64,000 bases of DNA from Chiloscyllium plagiosum. Taxonomy: Eukaryota. The position numbers were made by a program, and so were the translations under genes. This document shows, one piece after another, positions 26,196-38,110 of the stretch. Below the pieces are notes generated by a model, which saw nothing but the letters and a program-made list of their open reading frames with translations, was not told the DNA's origin and ran no database searches. Within the stretch, counting starts at the first letter, position 1. Each line of letters begins with the position of its first letter. Where the stretch lies: positions 74,867,358-74,931,357 of the forward strand of contig NC_057719.1 in the NCBI RefSeq assembly GCF_004010195.1. The letters are read 5' to 3'.

Positions 26196-28679
26196 ATGAT
26201 TTAATCTCTGATCGTGATCAGCGACAATGTAGCAATAATTATTGGGATCTATATGTAGAGGATGATCAGCTAAGTTGGGTTGCATTTTTTAAAGTTGGGA
26301 AACTAAGCTAAATTATGAAAATTATGAACTTTAAAAATCCATTGATTTTTCTGTTATTTGGTGAACTCTAATATACTATGCACTAGTTTTGGCTTCCTGA
26401 CACATGCAGAAAGGAACCTGTGAAAATAACTCTGTTGATGGCATAGTTTCCCTTGGCAACCCAAAGGCCTGGTTATTCAGAGGTGTTTTTACTTAAGGCC
26501 AACAATGAATACATCAATGAGAATGTATTTGTTCTGCTTGCCAGAAAGAATACAGTACTTCTAAAATATTTTGAAAATTAACTGGAAAATATAGTAATCT
26601 CCTTTTTCATCCTGTAGCTTGTAAACTTGGCAATTTTTAGGTCTTTTGTGGTCTGCTCTAGGCCCTCCTTATGCCTAATTTGTTTATTATTCATATTAAC
26701 GAAGTGTTTCAATTTTTCTCAATGCCCCATTGAAATAATTGGTTTTCTTTGAGAGTTTAGTTTCAATCAAGATCAAACACATCCAATTTGCCATTGCAAC
26801 ATGTTAAACATTTTCAAGACTTTGAGCTGCAATTAATTAAAACTGCCAGAGTCTTGCCTATTGAAAAGAATGTATCCGAACACGCTGGTAATTTGGAGGT
26901 GCTAGCATGACATATAGAGCAACTATCATTGTTTCCATTGTCAATCTATAGTTCTGAACATCACTCCTTCACTAAAGCATTTACAACTGGTGCAATGCCC
27001 AGTTATATTACATGAAGGCAGTTTTATTTTTGCAAATGGGCCAAACAAATTGGAGGGTGCATCTTGCTCAAATCCATAAAAACCTGCGGGCTGTAACATT
27101 GGTACGGGCAAAGGACAAAATGAATAGATTTGAATTAGCCAGTCATTTGACATCATACCCGATTTTCATTCTATGTGACTTGAAATGAGAATTCTTTGAG
27201 ATATATAACACAGTTTGTCTGATACAGAATTTTATATAGCCTTGGCAAAATTGGAATGATCGTATTTACCCCTATTGACATTATATAAGTGCTTCCATTC
27301 AGGAGTTGATTGATTTCTAACATTTGCAGCAAGTGCAGTATCTAGCGGCCTTGGGACCAAAATGCAATGGGTTCGGTGCACTATGAAGTTCTCTCCTCAT
27401 TGCTCAGACATGTAATTTTAGTCTGCCTTTTGATGGTCCCTTGATGTCAGGAGTGATGAGAGCAGCTACATGTTCCCCATGACTCTATGACTTTACCCCC
27501 TTTCTTTCAGCTAGTCATTATGTGCTGATGAGCCAAGTCGCTCAGTCTATGCTCAAGGTTGCTGATCTAAGACACTAGGGGGCAGTACAACATGCCTCAG
27601 GGCACCTGGGGAAGTGAGAAGGCGACTTGCATGAAGAAGGTCAGTGTGACTGAGACTGGAAAATGGTGGTCTATCAAGAATCAGCACCATCAGAATAGCA
27701 GAGGGGTAAACAAGTGCAATAACAGTAAAGGAAGGGAGGCAAAGAATCAGGTAGTCGCTTTTCCCATGCACCCCACCCCATTCGCGCACATTCTCCACAC
27801 ACAACTGTGGTTACAGCATATCAAAGGGTAAGCATATTGTGCAAATTTACTGTTACGTTTTTAATGAGGCTGGAGAACAGGCAATAATTACAAAAATAAT
27901 TTTCAATAGAGGCTGTGGCCATTTATTAGATTAAAAATATATGTGAAACAGGTTTGATATGGTGACATATAATGAAATGATAAACGAACCACTGAGCAAT
28001 TGGCATTGGATACAGAAGATGCAAGGAAAAGCTAAGACTGCATGATGATGGGTGCTTAAAACCACAACTGTAGAATATCGATACACAAACATTAGGTGTT
28101 TAACTCTTACATTGTTAAAAACATGGAATCAGATCCTCTGAAGACAACCTTATTAATTTTAATAGTTGTATGGTCAAAGATATGATTCTTTGTATGGAAC
28201 CCACTGGATCTGCTAAAGACTAAGAATTATGGAAATTGCTTGCAATGAGCATTAGTATGGTTGAAAGAAGTCTTCAAAAAAAATTCAAATCAGAACAACA
28301 ATTAGGTAAGTGCCCATTGTCAAATTTTGAACTATTTGAGGAAAATGTGCTTTAATTTCGAATATTGTAAGTTCTGTCCTACGATCCGAACCCCAATTTG
28401 AGCTGATCCCAAACAAATCAGAGAACAGGTTGAGAGATCGACACTTGAAAAATTCTGCGTTACTAATGGTACTAACCTCCAGGCAAATTGTAAAACTATG
28501 ACCTTGCCTACATACCCTGATAGATGTTAAACATCTATTTGCACGATTTGAAAAAGATCGCTAGTCTTTTTCTGATCAACATTCCCTGATATCTGATAGA
28601 TTTTGTCATGAATAACATGGTTACTGTGTTAATGAACCTAAACAATCAACAGTCAACGCATTTCATAATAATTCACTTA

Positions 28680-29370
28680 GAATCTTAGATCAGCATGGAA
28701 AGAGACTATTTGGCCCACTATATGCATGCTAACCCCCTTCGACAGTAACTCAGTTAGTCCCACTCACAACCCTTTCCCCATAGTGGTGCAGTTTTTAATT
28801 TCCCTTCAGACGTTTACCTATTCCCTTTTGAAATCTCAATTGAATCTGCATCCTTCATTCTCAGGCAGTGGATTTCAAATTGTTAACTACTTGCTGCGTG
28901 AAAATGCCTTCCTTTTTCTGCTGCTGGCTGCTTTTACCTTACATCGGTGTGCTCGGGGTTTTGATCCATTTGCCAATATTTCAGTTAATGGCCATTGGCT
29001 CTGTCCAGACTCCGACATGATTTTGGGCATCTCTAAACCTCCTCTTTTGTGAGGGGAACAACCCTAGCATTTTCCAATCTATCCACATAAGTCCACCATT
29101 CCTAGATCTGTTCTGGCAAATCTTATCTGCGCCCTTTCCCAAGTCTTCACACCCTTTCTGAAGTGTGGTGCCCTGAATTAGAGACAATATTGTGGTTGAA
29201 GCTCAACCAGTGTTTTATAAAGGTCACTTCCCTGTTTTTGCCCTCTACACTCCTATTGACAAAGCTCAGGTTCCCATCTCCCCCTTTTAACTGCTTTTTC
29301 AGTCTGTCGTGCCACCATTAGTACACATCCTGGTCTCTATCTGTCCTTGCACTCTCTTTAGAATTGTGTC
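28680..29370 (-). mobile_element. Old CR1 3' fragment
   Basis: Reverse-strand remnants (ggcagtggatttcaaa, tgtggtgccctgaatt) of the CR1 RT C-terminus. Confidence 0.6.
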
Positions 29371-29984
29371 CATTATTTTGTCTCTTTTGTGATGTTTCTA
29401 AAAGAGTTTGTGAATGTAAATTAGTCCCCTCCAACACCACTACCACTGTCATGCCTCCTGAAATGAAGGGCCCACCAACCTAGAGATACGATCTGATTTG
29501 AAAGGTAGACTATTCATTAATAGATTACCGCAAAATAAGATTTTTCAAACCCGGGTATTAGTTTCTGGAGAATTATAGGGCTGCCTCCCCCAAATCTTAA
29601 ACTCCTCAAAAATGACAAGACCTTGGGAACAAAAAAAATGAATTAAATCTTCAATGTTATGACTTACAACTTTAGAGTTACATTGACCCTATTTCTTGAA
29701 GGACCTTGGAAACTGCAATTGCAAAGGAGCAAAAACAAAGGGCCGTTATTTCCAGATTTTTTTGTGGGGGAGGGCATTATTTTGTACCCGAGAGGTTGAG
29801 ATCTGTCTATATAATACATTAACTGGAGTTGCAAATTTGTTGGATGTAGATTGGAATCAAAGTCAGAAAAAAAACGCAAGGAGAGTTAGAAGGGGTTCTG
29901 TGGAGTTATGCAAACTCGCAGGAGAGAGTGGGCTCAGGGACAGGGTCACTCCATCCTTGTCAATGTGGGGATCTGCCCAACAAT

Positions 29985-30075
29985 TACTGCTCCTCTGATG
30001 CTGCCTGAACTGCTGTGCTCTTCCAGCACCACTAATCCAAAATCTACTTTCCAGCATCTGCAGTCATTGTTTTTT
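29985..30075 (+). mobile_element. Penelope-type terminal fragment (others at ~10260-10355, 47175-47270, 51450-51580, 61030-61160)
   Basis: tgctcctctgatgctgcctgaactgctgtgctcttccagcacc..ccagcatctgcagtc is shared among the copies. Confidence 0.7.
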
Positions 30076-30149
30076 TTAACCAACAATTGCAAGCAGCCTA
30101 TGCTGTGCTGATAGACTTTAGGGAGAGGAGGGATCTGCTCGTTATCACT

Positions 30150-33100
30150 GAGCCAGCCAGGATAATTCACCCCCTCCCCACTCCACAAACTCCCATGAAA
30201 GCATCACACACATTGCTTTAAATGCAACTTTGGACGCTCAATTAAGCCGGCATAAGAGCTCCGGATGGGGTCAAGCAGCGGGACTACCAGAACAATGGGA
30301 GGACACTCAATACCAGAACAGTAAAGAATTAATTTCCTATGACACAGTGTAAACACTGGAGAAGAATAGGAGGTGCAGGTGTGCCGAAGGAAGGGTAGCC
30401 ACTTGTTCTGCGAGGGAGGAACTTTCACACGAGTTTCACTTTTTTACCGATGACCTGTTCCACAGATCAATTTATGTCAACACCGAACCGTTGCTGTCGG
30501 GTCTTGGCGAACAGTCACATTCTCTGCAGTATGAGGGGGGAATAAAGCTGCTCTTTTTGTTGATTGTTCAATCATGAAGATAAAGCATCCTATAAGCGAT
30601 TTCAGCCCCCCACCACCCGTGTAGAAATGAATGGGTCATTAGAGGGCTAGCGCCTCCTTTCTAACGGGGGTGTTACAATGGGGAGGGGTTTCTAATATTC
30701 GGTAACAGTTCCTTCACATTTGTTAGCCACAAACTCTCAGAATAAAGCGCTTGTGAATCTCAAACAGCCCCGCATCCCCAAAGTGACTAAAATAATTGGA
30801 TTCCATTGGAGGTTTAAACAGAGATGATGTGATTTTAGAATCAAGAATTCAGAGATGTAAAACTCTTTGAGGAAGCGGTCTTAATTGGATTATGGGCTGT
30901 AAAGTGACAGAAATATCACCTTTTTAAAAAGAATAACTAAAGGCGTAACGTGTGGGATTTACTTTATATTGGAGACGAATATCCTGCAGCACAAAGGGCA
31001 AATAGTGCCTCTTTAGTCCAAATTGGCTGTGATATTGAAATCCCTTAATAAGAATTGCCAGGCATTTATACATTCGGCGGGACACCTCATAAAGCACTTC
31101 TAAAATAAAGCACAATCACCGACTCGTGTGGAGTTTCCCTTTAATTGTGCTGAAAGCAAGTAACGCTTTATTAATGTAAGAAAAGGTTAGCCCGCATTTC
31201 AATATTAACGTGGAAACAGGGCGAAATTCTTCAGAGCTTGATGTAATGAACAAATAAGGAGAATTTGTAAACAGATAAGCGCCTACCTTGGCCCATTCTT
31301 ATTTAATAGGTTCTCTTCAAATAAGACTTTTTAAAAATAAAATAAACTTTTTTTTTCCTCTCTGAGATCCTGCACAGAAACACACTAAAGGTGTAAAATG
31401 GCTAAGTCATTAACCATTGCCATGGTAACCCCGAATAACATAAAGCAAATTGTGGCACCTTAAATTGAGAACAGATGGTGCGGTGTTGGAAGGGGGAAAA
31501 TTCTCCAGAAAGCGGGGACACGCACGCACAAACAGACGATGAATGTAGGGTTAAAATAGAGCTGCAGATTAAACTCTGAAGCAACCGCGACAGAGAGTGG
31601 GGCCATCAACCTGCAGCATGTCTAGGCCAGTAATGGCTTTGGTCCTCGTTGCTTGCATTGTTTATACACCTGTACCAACAGTTACCGCAGATCCTCCGGG
31701 GGCAAATAGCCATATGTTTGCCCGCGAGGGAATTCATTCCCACATGTGGAAGGGAGGGGGAGGGAGCTAATACTATCGACTCTTTTCTGTAAAATGTCCA
31801 AAGACCGCAACACGCGCGCGTTTTTTTTTTGTCCAGGTTTGACAGCTGAAAAAGTCAACATTTCACGTTACTTTAATGTTTCACTGCCAAAGCAGCTCTG
31901 ATGCAACGTTTCCCTTACACCCCCGGGGACATGTGGAAAACGCCCGCGGGGGCAACAAAAACAGCGGCAGCTACCAATTTGTTGAAGGTCATAACCTTAA
32001 GCGAAGACCCTGTCTGCTGCTAACCTGGAAAAGGGGGGGGGGGGGGGTGGGGGGAATCAAACGTTCTCTTGTTTTTAGTAATGTCCAGCCGTCCACTAAC
32101 CGTGATCTATTTACCAGGGAACACTTTTAATCAATGAATGCAGGCAAGGTTTCTTTCTCGAACATTCTGCAAATGGGGATGAACTGCGCGGTGTCTAGGT
32201 TTGTGCGCTTTATTTACTACTCTGTATTTTAAAAAGTTCAGATTTTGCTTTTAAAAATTGTCTACATTAAAACGAACGATCAAAAGGTTGGTTTGGGAGG
32301 GTTTGTATTTGCAGTATACGTCTATGTCTACTTGCATGCACTCCAGTTTGCAAGGGACATTGCAACCGTCCTGCTTTGTGGCGGCTATGGAACGATTTGA
32401 ACTGGAATAAATTATACAATGTTTGCAAATGAAATCAGACGCTTGATTTAACACGAAACACATCGAACTGCCCCTTACCCATTCGTATGGAATTTATTTC
32501 CTCCCCCTACACACACATCCATTCTGAGGGTGTTTTTAACATGTAAACCCCCTTCCACTTCACATCCTTCCCTCATCCCATATGTAGAGATAAATTGCAG
32601 TCTCCCAGTTCATTAAATGCCACCCCCTTCTGCTAGTAAAAACCTCACTCCTCGAAGGAACACATGCAGGAATCGTTAATTGTACTCCCAAAAAAACACT
32701 CCCAATAGCTGTGGTTCCGCGCAATTTTCCTATCCGCTGCAGTTAAAAAAAATGAAATCGCTTGCAATTACAAAGATCCTGTGTTTTTTTATATATAAAA
32801 AAGTAGATTGCACATTCTGCAAATGTAGAGCGTCGAGTTGATTGTCACGCTCCGGGGCTTTACAAACACCTTTTAGTTGCAATTCGCAGGCAGACTTTTT
32901 AAGAGAGAGAGAAAAAATCGCCCCCTCCCCCCACCGCTTTGCCGTCCATCACACCTGCAAGGCGAGATCAACCTCTGGTCACCAGACACAAGTTTGTCAA
33001 CATCTGTGCAAAAGGGAAACAAGCACTGAGGAGGCTCTCCTCAGATCACCCTCCTCCTGCGGACACCCCAGCAATATGTGAACGTTACTCATTATTCCTG

Positions 33101-35750
33101 ACGTTTGTTCCAAAGTAAGAAGTGCACGATAGAAGGCGTTCAGAGGCACATAAAAGTTTTCCCTTTCGGTCAAATTTTATTGGAAGCGATTTAAACAAAA
33201 AAAAATGTACTGCACGCTGGCAAAAGGAAACGGAGAGCATTTCAACGCGGTTGAAATCAGTGTTTAATGCAAAAAAAATTCTCTTGCATTTTAAAGCGCA
33301 GGGTCGAAATTAAACAAGTAGAGCGCAAAGAGGCATTGATTCAGTTTGTATCTCGCAGGGGTCCTGTTCGGTACTTTGGCCACTATTTAGCCCTGGCGAT
33401 TGCGAGAAAGTCTCTGGCGATTGGCTCTCTTTAATTGTATTGTTGGAGACGGGTCTGCCCATGGTCTGTCTGATAGGTGAGCAACAACTGTCAGTCAACA
33501 GTTCTGTTGAGATGGAGTTGACTATAACGGGAACCGCATGCAAGTTGCTACGCTTTATTACCAGGGGGGGGGGGGGGGAGAGAGAGAGAAAAACGACCAG
33601 ATGAGTGGTTGCTTAACACATTTTTGACGTGCTTAAAAAACAGAAGAAAGTTAGTCGCCAACACTGGCCGGGTCTGGATCCCTAACAAGGGATTCCGAGC
33701 GTGGGAATCCGATTGACATTACACAGAAGGACTTGTGCGAGCTTTTTCTTTCCAAAACAAAATGTTCAGAAAGTTTTCTCTTATCGTCCTGTTACACTTT
33801 ATTCCGCTGTATCTGATTGTGCCGGGGTCCCGTGCCCAGAGATCGAGTGGACCACGGGTAAGTGCGTTGTGCAGCATCTTCTGACAGTGTTTGAACCGGA
33901 TTTCATTCCCACTGCCCAAAAGGTTGTGCTTACTTTTTTTTCATCTTGTTTTGTTTTGAATTCTGTTTCTCTATATATTCCATTGCATTTTTTTAAACCA
34001 TTTTAACCAGGTGGCCCTTTGATAGCACCTGTTGGGTAATCCCTCTCTCAATCGCTGTCTCTCTCTCTCTCTCTCAATCTCTTGTCTGTCTCATAAACAC
34101 ACACGCACACAGTTGGGAGCATTAAAGTGCAACAAATTGAAATGGGGTTTTTCAACAACTCAAAACCTGCCACATCATAGGCAGCTCACCCGATATAGCA
34201 ATGTATCAATTATATTGATGAATCGAAGGTGGAAAATCAACTGTCGGACTTTTGATCGTGTGTTGTGTCTTTATTCTGACTGTGACAAATGCATAGGTTG
34301 GATGAACGCAGCTCTTTGCTGCTTTACCTTATCAGAGCGATAACCGGCTGTGCTTTCCACGGCGCCTCGGGCTGTGGGGTGAAAGCCGGTCCAGTTCCCA
34401 CTCTTAACTCTCTGGGGGAATCTCATTTCAAGCGCTCGGGCTCCGTTCAAGAAATCAGGAAAAAGGAATGAGGTGAGACTGTGCGAAGTTGACTTCACTT
34501 GGCAGTGAACGTCAACAAAGGAGTTGCTGCAATTTTCAGCATTTCTCCCTCCCTGGGGCCCAAAAAAAATCGTTTCTGAACGATGTTAAACACATAAAAT
34601 AAACACATGGCCCCTGGGTATTCTGTGCCTTTCACGCCGTGGTTTGGGGATTGACGTTGCTGTGAACGAGAAAGGAGTGCAATTGACGAGAAGCCAATTG
34701 TTGTTGACCTCAAAAGTGTACAGATGACCAGCATGTCCTGGGATCTGAGAGAGGGAGAACCCTGCATGTTGCGGGACTAACGAATCCCCCTCACCGACCT
34801 TCCAAATTTCTTTGTACAAAAAGGTTTGACCTTCCTCCTACAAGTAACCACTGCAGAAAGTAACGCGCCGGCGTTCCCCGGTCTTGACCAAGTCCCTCAT
34901 AAAATCGCGTTTGGAAGTAACAGTTCTCTACCTTCCCCCCTGCCCAGACAGCGAACAGCGCAGTAAGGCTGTGAGGAGAGAGAGAGACGGGGCTCCTGCA
35001 CTGTGCATTTCAAATACCAGGCAAATCGAAAGGCTTCCTCAGTTAACCTTTACACTATCCCCCGGAGCACTGAAGTAATGTCACAGCACACAACCGCCTT
35101 CATTTAAAAAAAAGGACAACATTTAGCCACTGTAATTCAGTCCTGGGCTCATCAATATTTTATTTTGGTTGAAATTTGAGCATCAATGCACCCAAAATGC
35201 ATGGGTTCCCGGTGCATTTTGTTTTGGGTGGGGGGTTGGGATTTGAGGTAAGGTTTTCAGGCTGATAATCTGCCAGTATCAGCTGGCATGTGCAATTCTG
35301 CTCGATCCGAACACTCCCTGCAGGTTAACAGGGAGCGGACCGGAGACTGAGGCAAGCCCTTCTTATTGTCAAACATGGTATGGTATAATGTGTCAGATGC
35401 GACAAGAGGGCATTCTTTAGTGGCGCGAGGCAAGTTTCCACAGTGTTTTTAAAATGAGTATTTCCAAACTCTTACGCATTTCCTGCTCCTTAGATATGGC
35501 TTATTGACAATTGCTCACACTTAATCAGGTCTGGATGTCATGTATTTTAACTCTCTCCTCAATGAAATGTTCAGCTTCTTGATCAAAGATGGGGCTTTGG
35601 CCCATGATCAGCACTGCAGCTCTCTGGGTTTGATTGCTGGTGTCGGCGCTCCTACCGGAGCTCACATTGTCTTTAAAGTTTATCCCAGTCTAGCTATGCG
35701 GAACAACATTACAAATGCAAAGGCGAGGCAAAGTGGGTATCACTCCAGCG
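30150..35750. promoter_or_regulatory. SMOC1: CpG-enriched, largely repeat-free promoter / first-exon region of SMOC1
   Basis: CpG is visibly more frequent than in the flanks (e.g. acgcgcgcg ~31811, cgcccgcgg ~31941, cgcgccggcg ~34864). No SINE/LINE recognised over ~5.5 kb. Reverse CCAAT (ATTGG) at 33420, G-run and (GA)n at ~33564-33588, all surrounding exon 1. Boundaries by eye. Confidence 0.7.
33762..33857 (+). CDS. SMOC1: SMOC1 coding exon 1 (signal peptide): MFRKFSLIVLLHFIPLYLIVPGSRAQRSSGPR
   Basis: ATG at 33762 (AAAATG, A at -3), 32 codons with basic N-terminus, hydrophobic core and S-R-A cleavage-like motif. Ends ..GPR followed by a canonical CGG|GTAAGT donor at 33858. Phase 0, joins in frame to FLIGDRD of exon 2, matching the recalled human SMOC1 junction TTGPR|FLISDRD. 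Not in the ORF track; read by hand. Confidence 0.93.
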
Positions 35751-36569
35751 TTACACTGCACCACACACGCGCTTTTCAGATCATTTTATGGAATCTCTTT
35801 TGGGGTGGTGGGTTCTTTTTGCAGACCTTATCAGGAGTTAAAGGTGAGTTTTTAGCAAGAACAACCAGGATCAATACATTGGCCATTAGCTCCAGGACAT
35901 TGATGCAAACATGCCTCAGGGCATTGTCATTGTCATCTACTTCATGGATGACTTTTCCACTATTGTAAGGTCAGAAGTAGGGATTTTTGCTGATGATTGT
36001 GTCACATTTGGCTCCATTCTTCTGAAATATTGAACTAGTCCGTACCTGAAAGCAAGATTAGGACAATATCTAGACTTGAGCAAATAAATGGCAAGCAATA
36101 GTTGTGCCACACAAATGCCAGACAATGTCCATCCCCAACAAGAGCGAAGTTAACCTTTTCCTCATGACTTTGAGCAGCGTTACCATTGCTGATTCACCCA
36201 GCCTCAAGACCTAAGAGTTACCATTGACCTGAAGTTCTGTAAATATTGTAGCTGCGAGAGCAAGTCAGGCCCTAAGGATTTTGTGGCAGGTAACTTGTGT
36301 CCTGACTCCCCAAAGCCTATCCACCATCTAAGGCACAAGTCAGGAATGTGATAGAATGCTGCTCATCTTTATTTGCAGCTCCAATAGCATTTAAGAATGT
36401 GAGCACTACGCAGGATAAAGCAGCCTACTTGTCTGACAGCCACCATCAACATTCATTAAGTTCACCACAGCAGCAGCAGTGTGCACTATATAGAAGATCT
36501 TCTAGGAGAAAGTGAGGATTGCAGATGCTGGAGATCAGAGCTGAAAATGTGTTGCTGGAAAAGCGCAGC

Positions 36570-37204
36570 NNNNNNNNNNNNNNNNNNNNNNNNNNNNNNN
36601 NNNNNNNNNNNNNNNNNNNNNNNNNNNNNNNNNNNNNNNNNNNNNNNNNNNNNNNNNNNNNNNNNNNNNNNNNNNNNNNNNNNNNNNNNNNNNNNNNNNN
36701 NNNNNNNNNNNNNNNNNNNNNNNNNNNNNNNNNNNNNNNNNNNNNNNNNNNNNNNNNNNNNNNNNNNNNNNNNNNNNNNNNNNNNNNNNNNNNNNNNNNN
36801 NNNNNNNNNNNNNNNNNNNNNNNNNNNNNNNNNNNNNNNNNNNNNNNNNNNNNNNNNNNNNNNNNNNNNNNNNNNNNNNNNNNNNNNNNNNNNNNNNNNN
36901 NNNNNNNNNNNNNNNNNNNNNNNNNNNNNNNNNNNNNNNNNNNNNNNNNNNNNNNNNNNNNNNNNNNNNNNNNNNNNNNNNNNNNNNNNNNNNNNNNNNN
37001 NNNNNNNNNNNNNNNNNNNNNNNNNNNNNNNNNNNNNNNNNNNNNNNNNNNNNNNNNNNNNNNNNNNNNNNNNNNNNNNNNNNNNNNNNNNNNNNNNNNN
37101 NNNNNNNNNNNNNNNNNNNNNNNNNNNNNNNNNNNNNNNNNNNNNNNNNNNNNNNNNNNNNNNNNNNNNNNNNNNNNNNNNNNNNNNNNNNNNNNNNNNN
37201 NNNN
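36570..37204. other. Assembly gap inside a Penelope-type element (~36500-37270)
   Basis: N run preceded by gagaaagtgaggattgcagatgctggagatcagagctg. Confidence 0.95.
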
Positions 37205-37299
37205 TGGGGGGGGAGGTAAGGAAGATGGAGGGCCAAGGTCATGCTCTGTAGTTGTGGAGCTCAATGTTAAGTCCTTGAGGCTGGAAAGTGGTCATGTGG

Positions 37300-38110
37300 G
37301 AATTGAAAAATAGATGTGGAAGAATTGTGAATGGTGAGGCGGAAAGTGAGGAACTCCAAAAGAACATTGACAGGTTGGTGGAGTGGGCAGATGGGTGGCA
37401 GATGAGGTTCAATGCAGAGATATGTGATGTGGTGCGCTTTGATTGAAAGACAGTATAAAATAGGGAATACATTTCTAAACGGGGTGCGAGAGAAGAGGGA
37501 CCAAGGTATATATATGCGCGGATCATTGAAGGTGGCAGGACAATTGGAGAGAGTCGTTTATCAAGCATATAATATTCTCATCTTTATGTAAACAGGCATA
37601 AAGTACAAGAGAAAAAAGATGGTGTTGAACTTGTTAGACCTCAGGTGCAATATTTTGTACAGCTGTGGGCTCCACATTATAAGGAAGACACAGTAATTTC
37701 CAAGAATCATTCCAGGGATGAAGGACTTCAGCTGTGAGGATAGATTGAAAAAGTTGAGAAGAAAGCCTAGAGTAGATTTGATAGAGGCTTTTAAAATCCT
37801 GAGTGGACTAGACAGAGTAGATTGGGAGAAGCTGTTCCTGCTTGTAAAAGAATAATGAGAGAGCATAGATTTAAAATGAAACAAAACTTCAAACTAAACA
37901 AGGGTGATGTGAGGAAAGAGCAAGTAATTAGGGTATGGAATACACTGCCTGGAAATGTGGTGGAGGCAGGTTCAATTAAGGCATTCAAGAGAGTATTAGA
38001 TAGTATACAGATATTAATATTGTGCAGGAATATGGGGGAGAAGATAGGAGATTGGCAGTAGGTAACAGAACCAGTACAAATGTGATAGACAGAATAGCGT
38101 CCTTCTGCAC
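37300..38110 (+). mobile_element. Old CR1 3' fragment
   Basis: WQMRFN and RVWNTLPGNVVEAGSIKAFKRVLD. Confidence 0.75.

Noticed and set aside
34361..34375. GGCGCC as a Smad1/5 BMP-response element
   Set aside because: No GTCT/AGAC partner at 5-bp spacing; expected by chance in a CpG-rich region.
36446..37313. Long ORFs of 235-272 aa (also 10930-11442)
   Set aside because: Artefacts of translating through N gaps.
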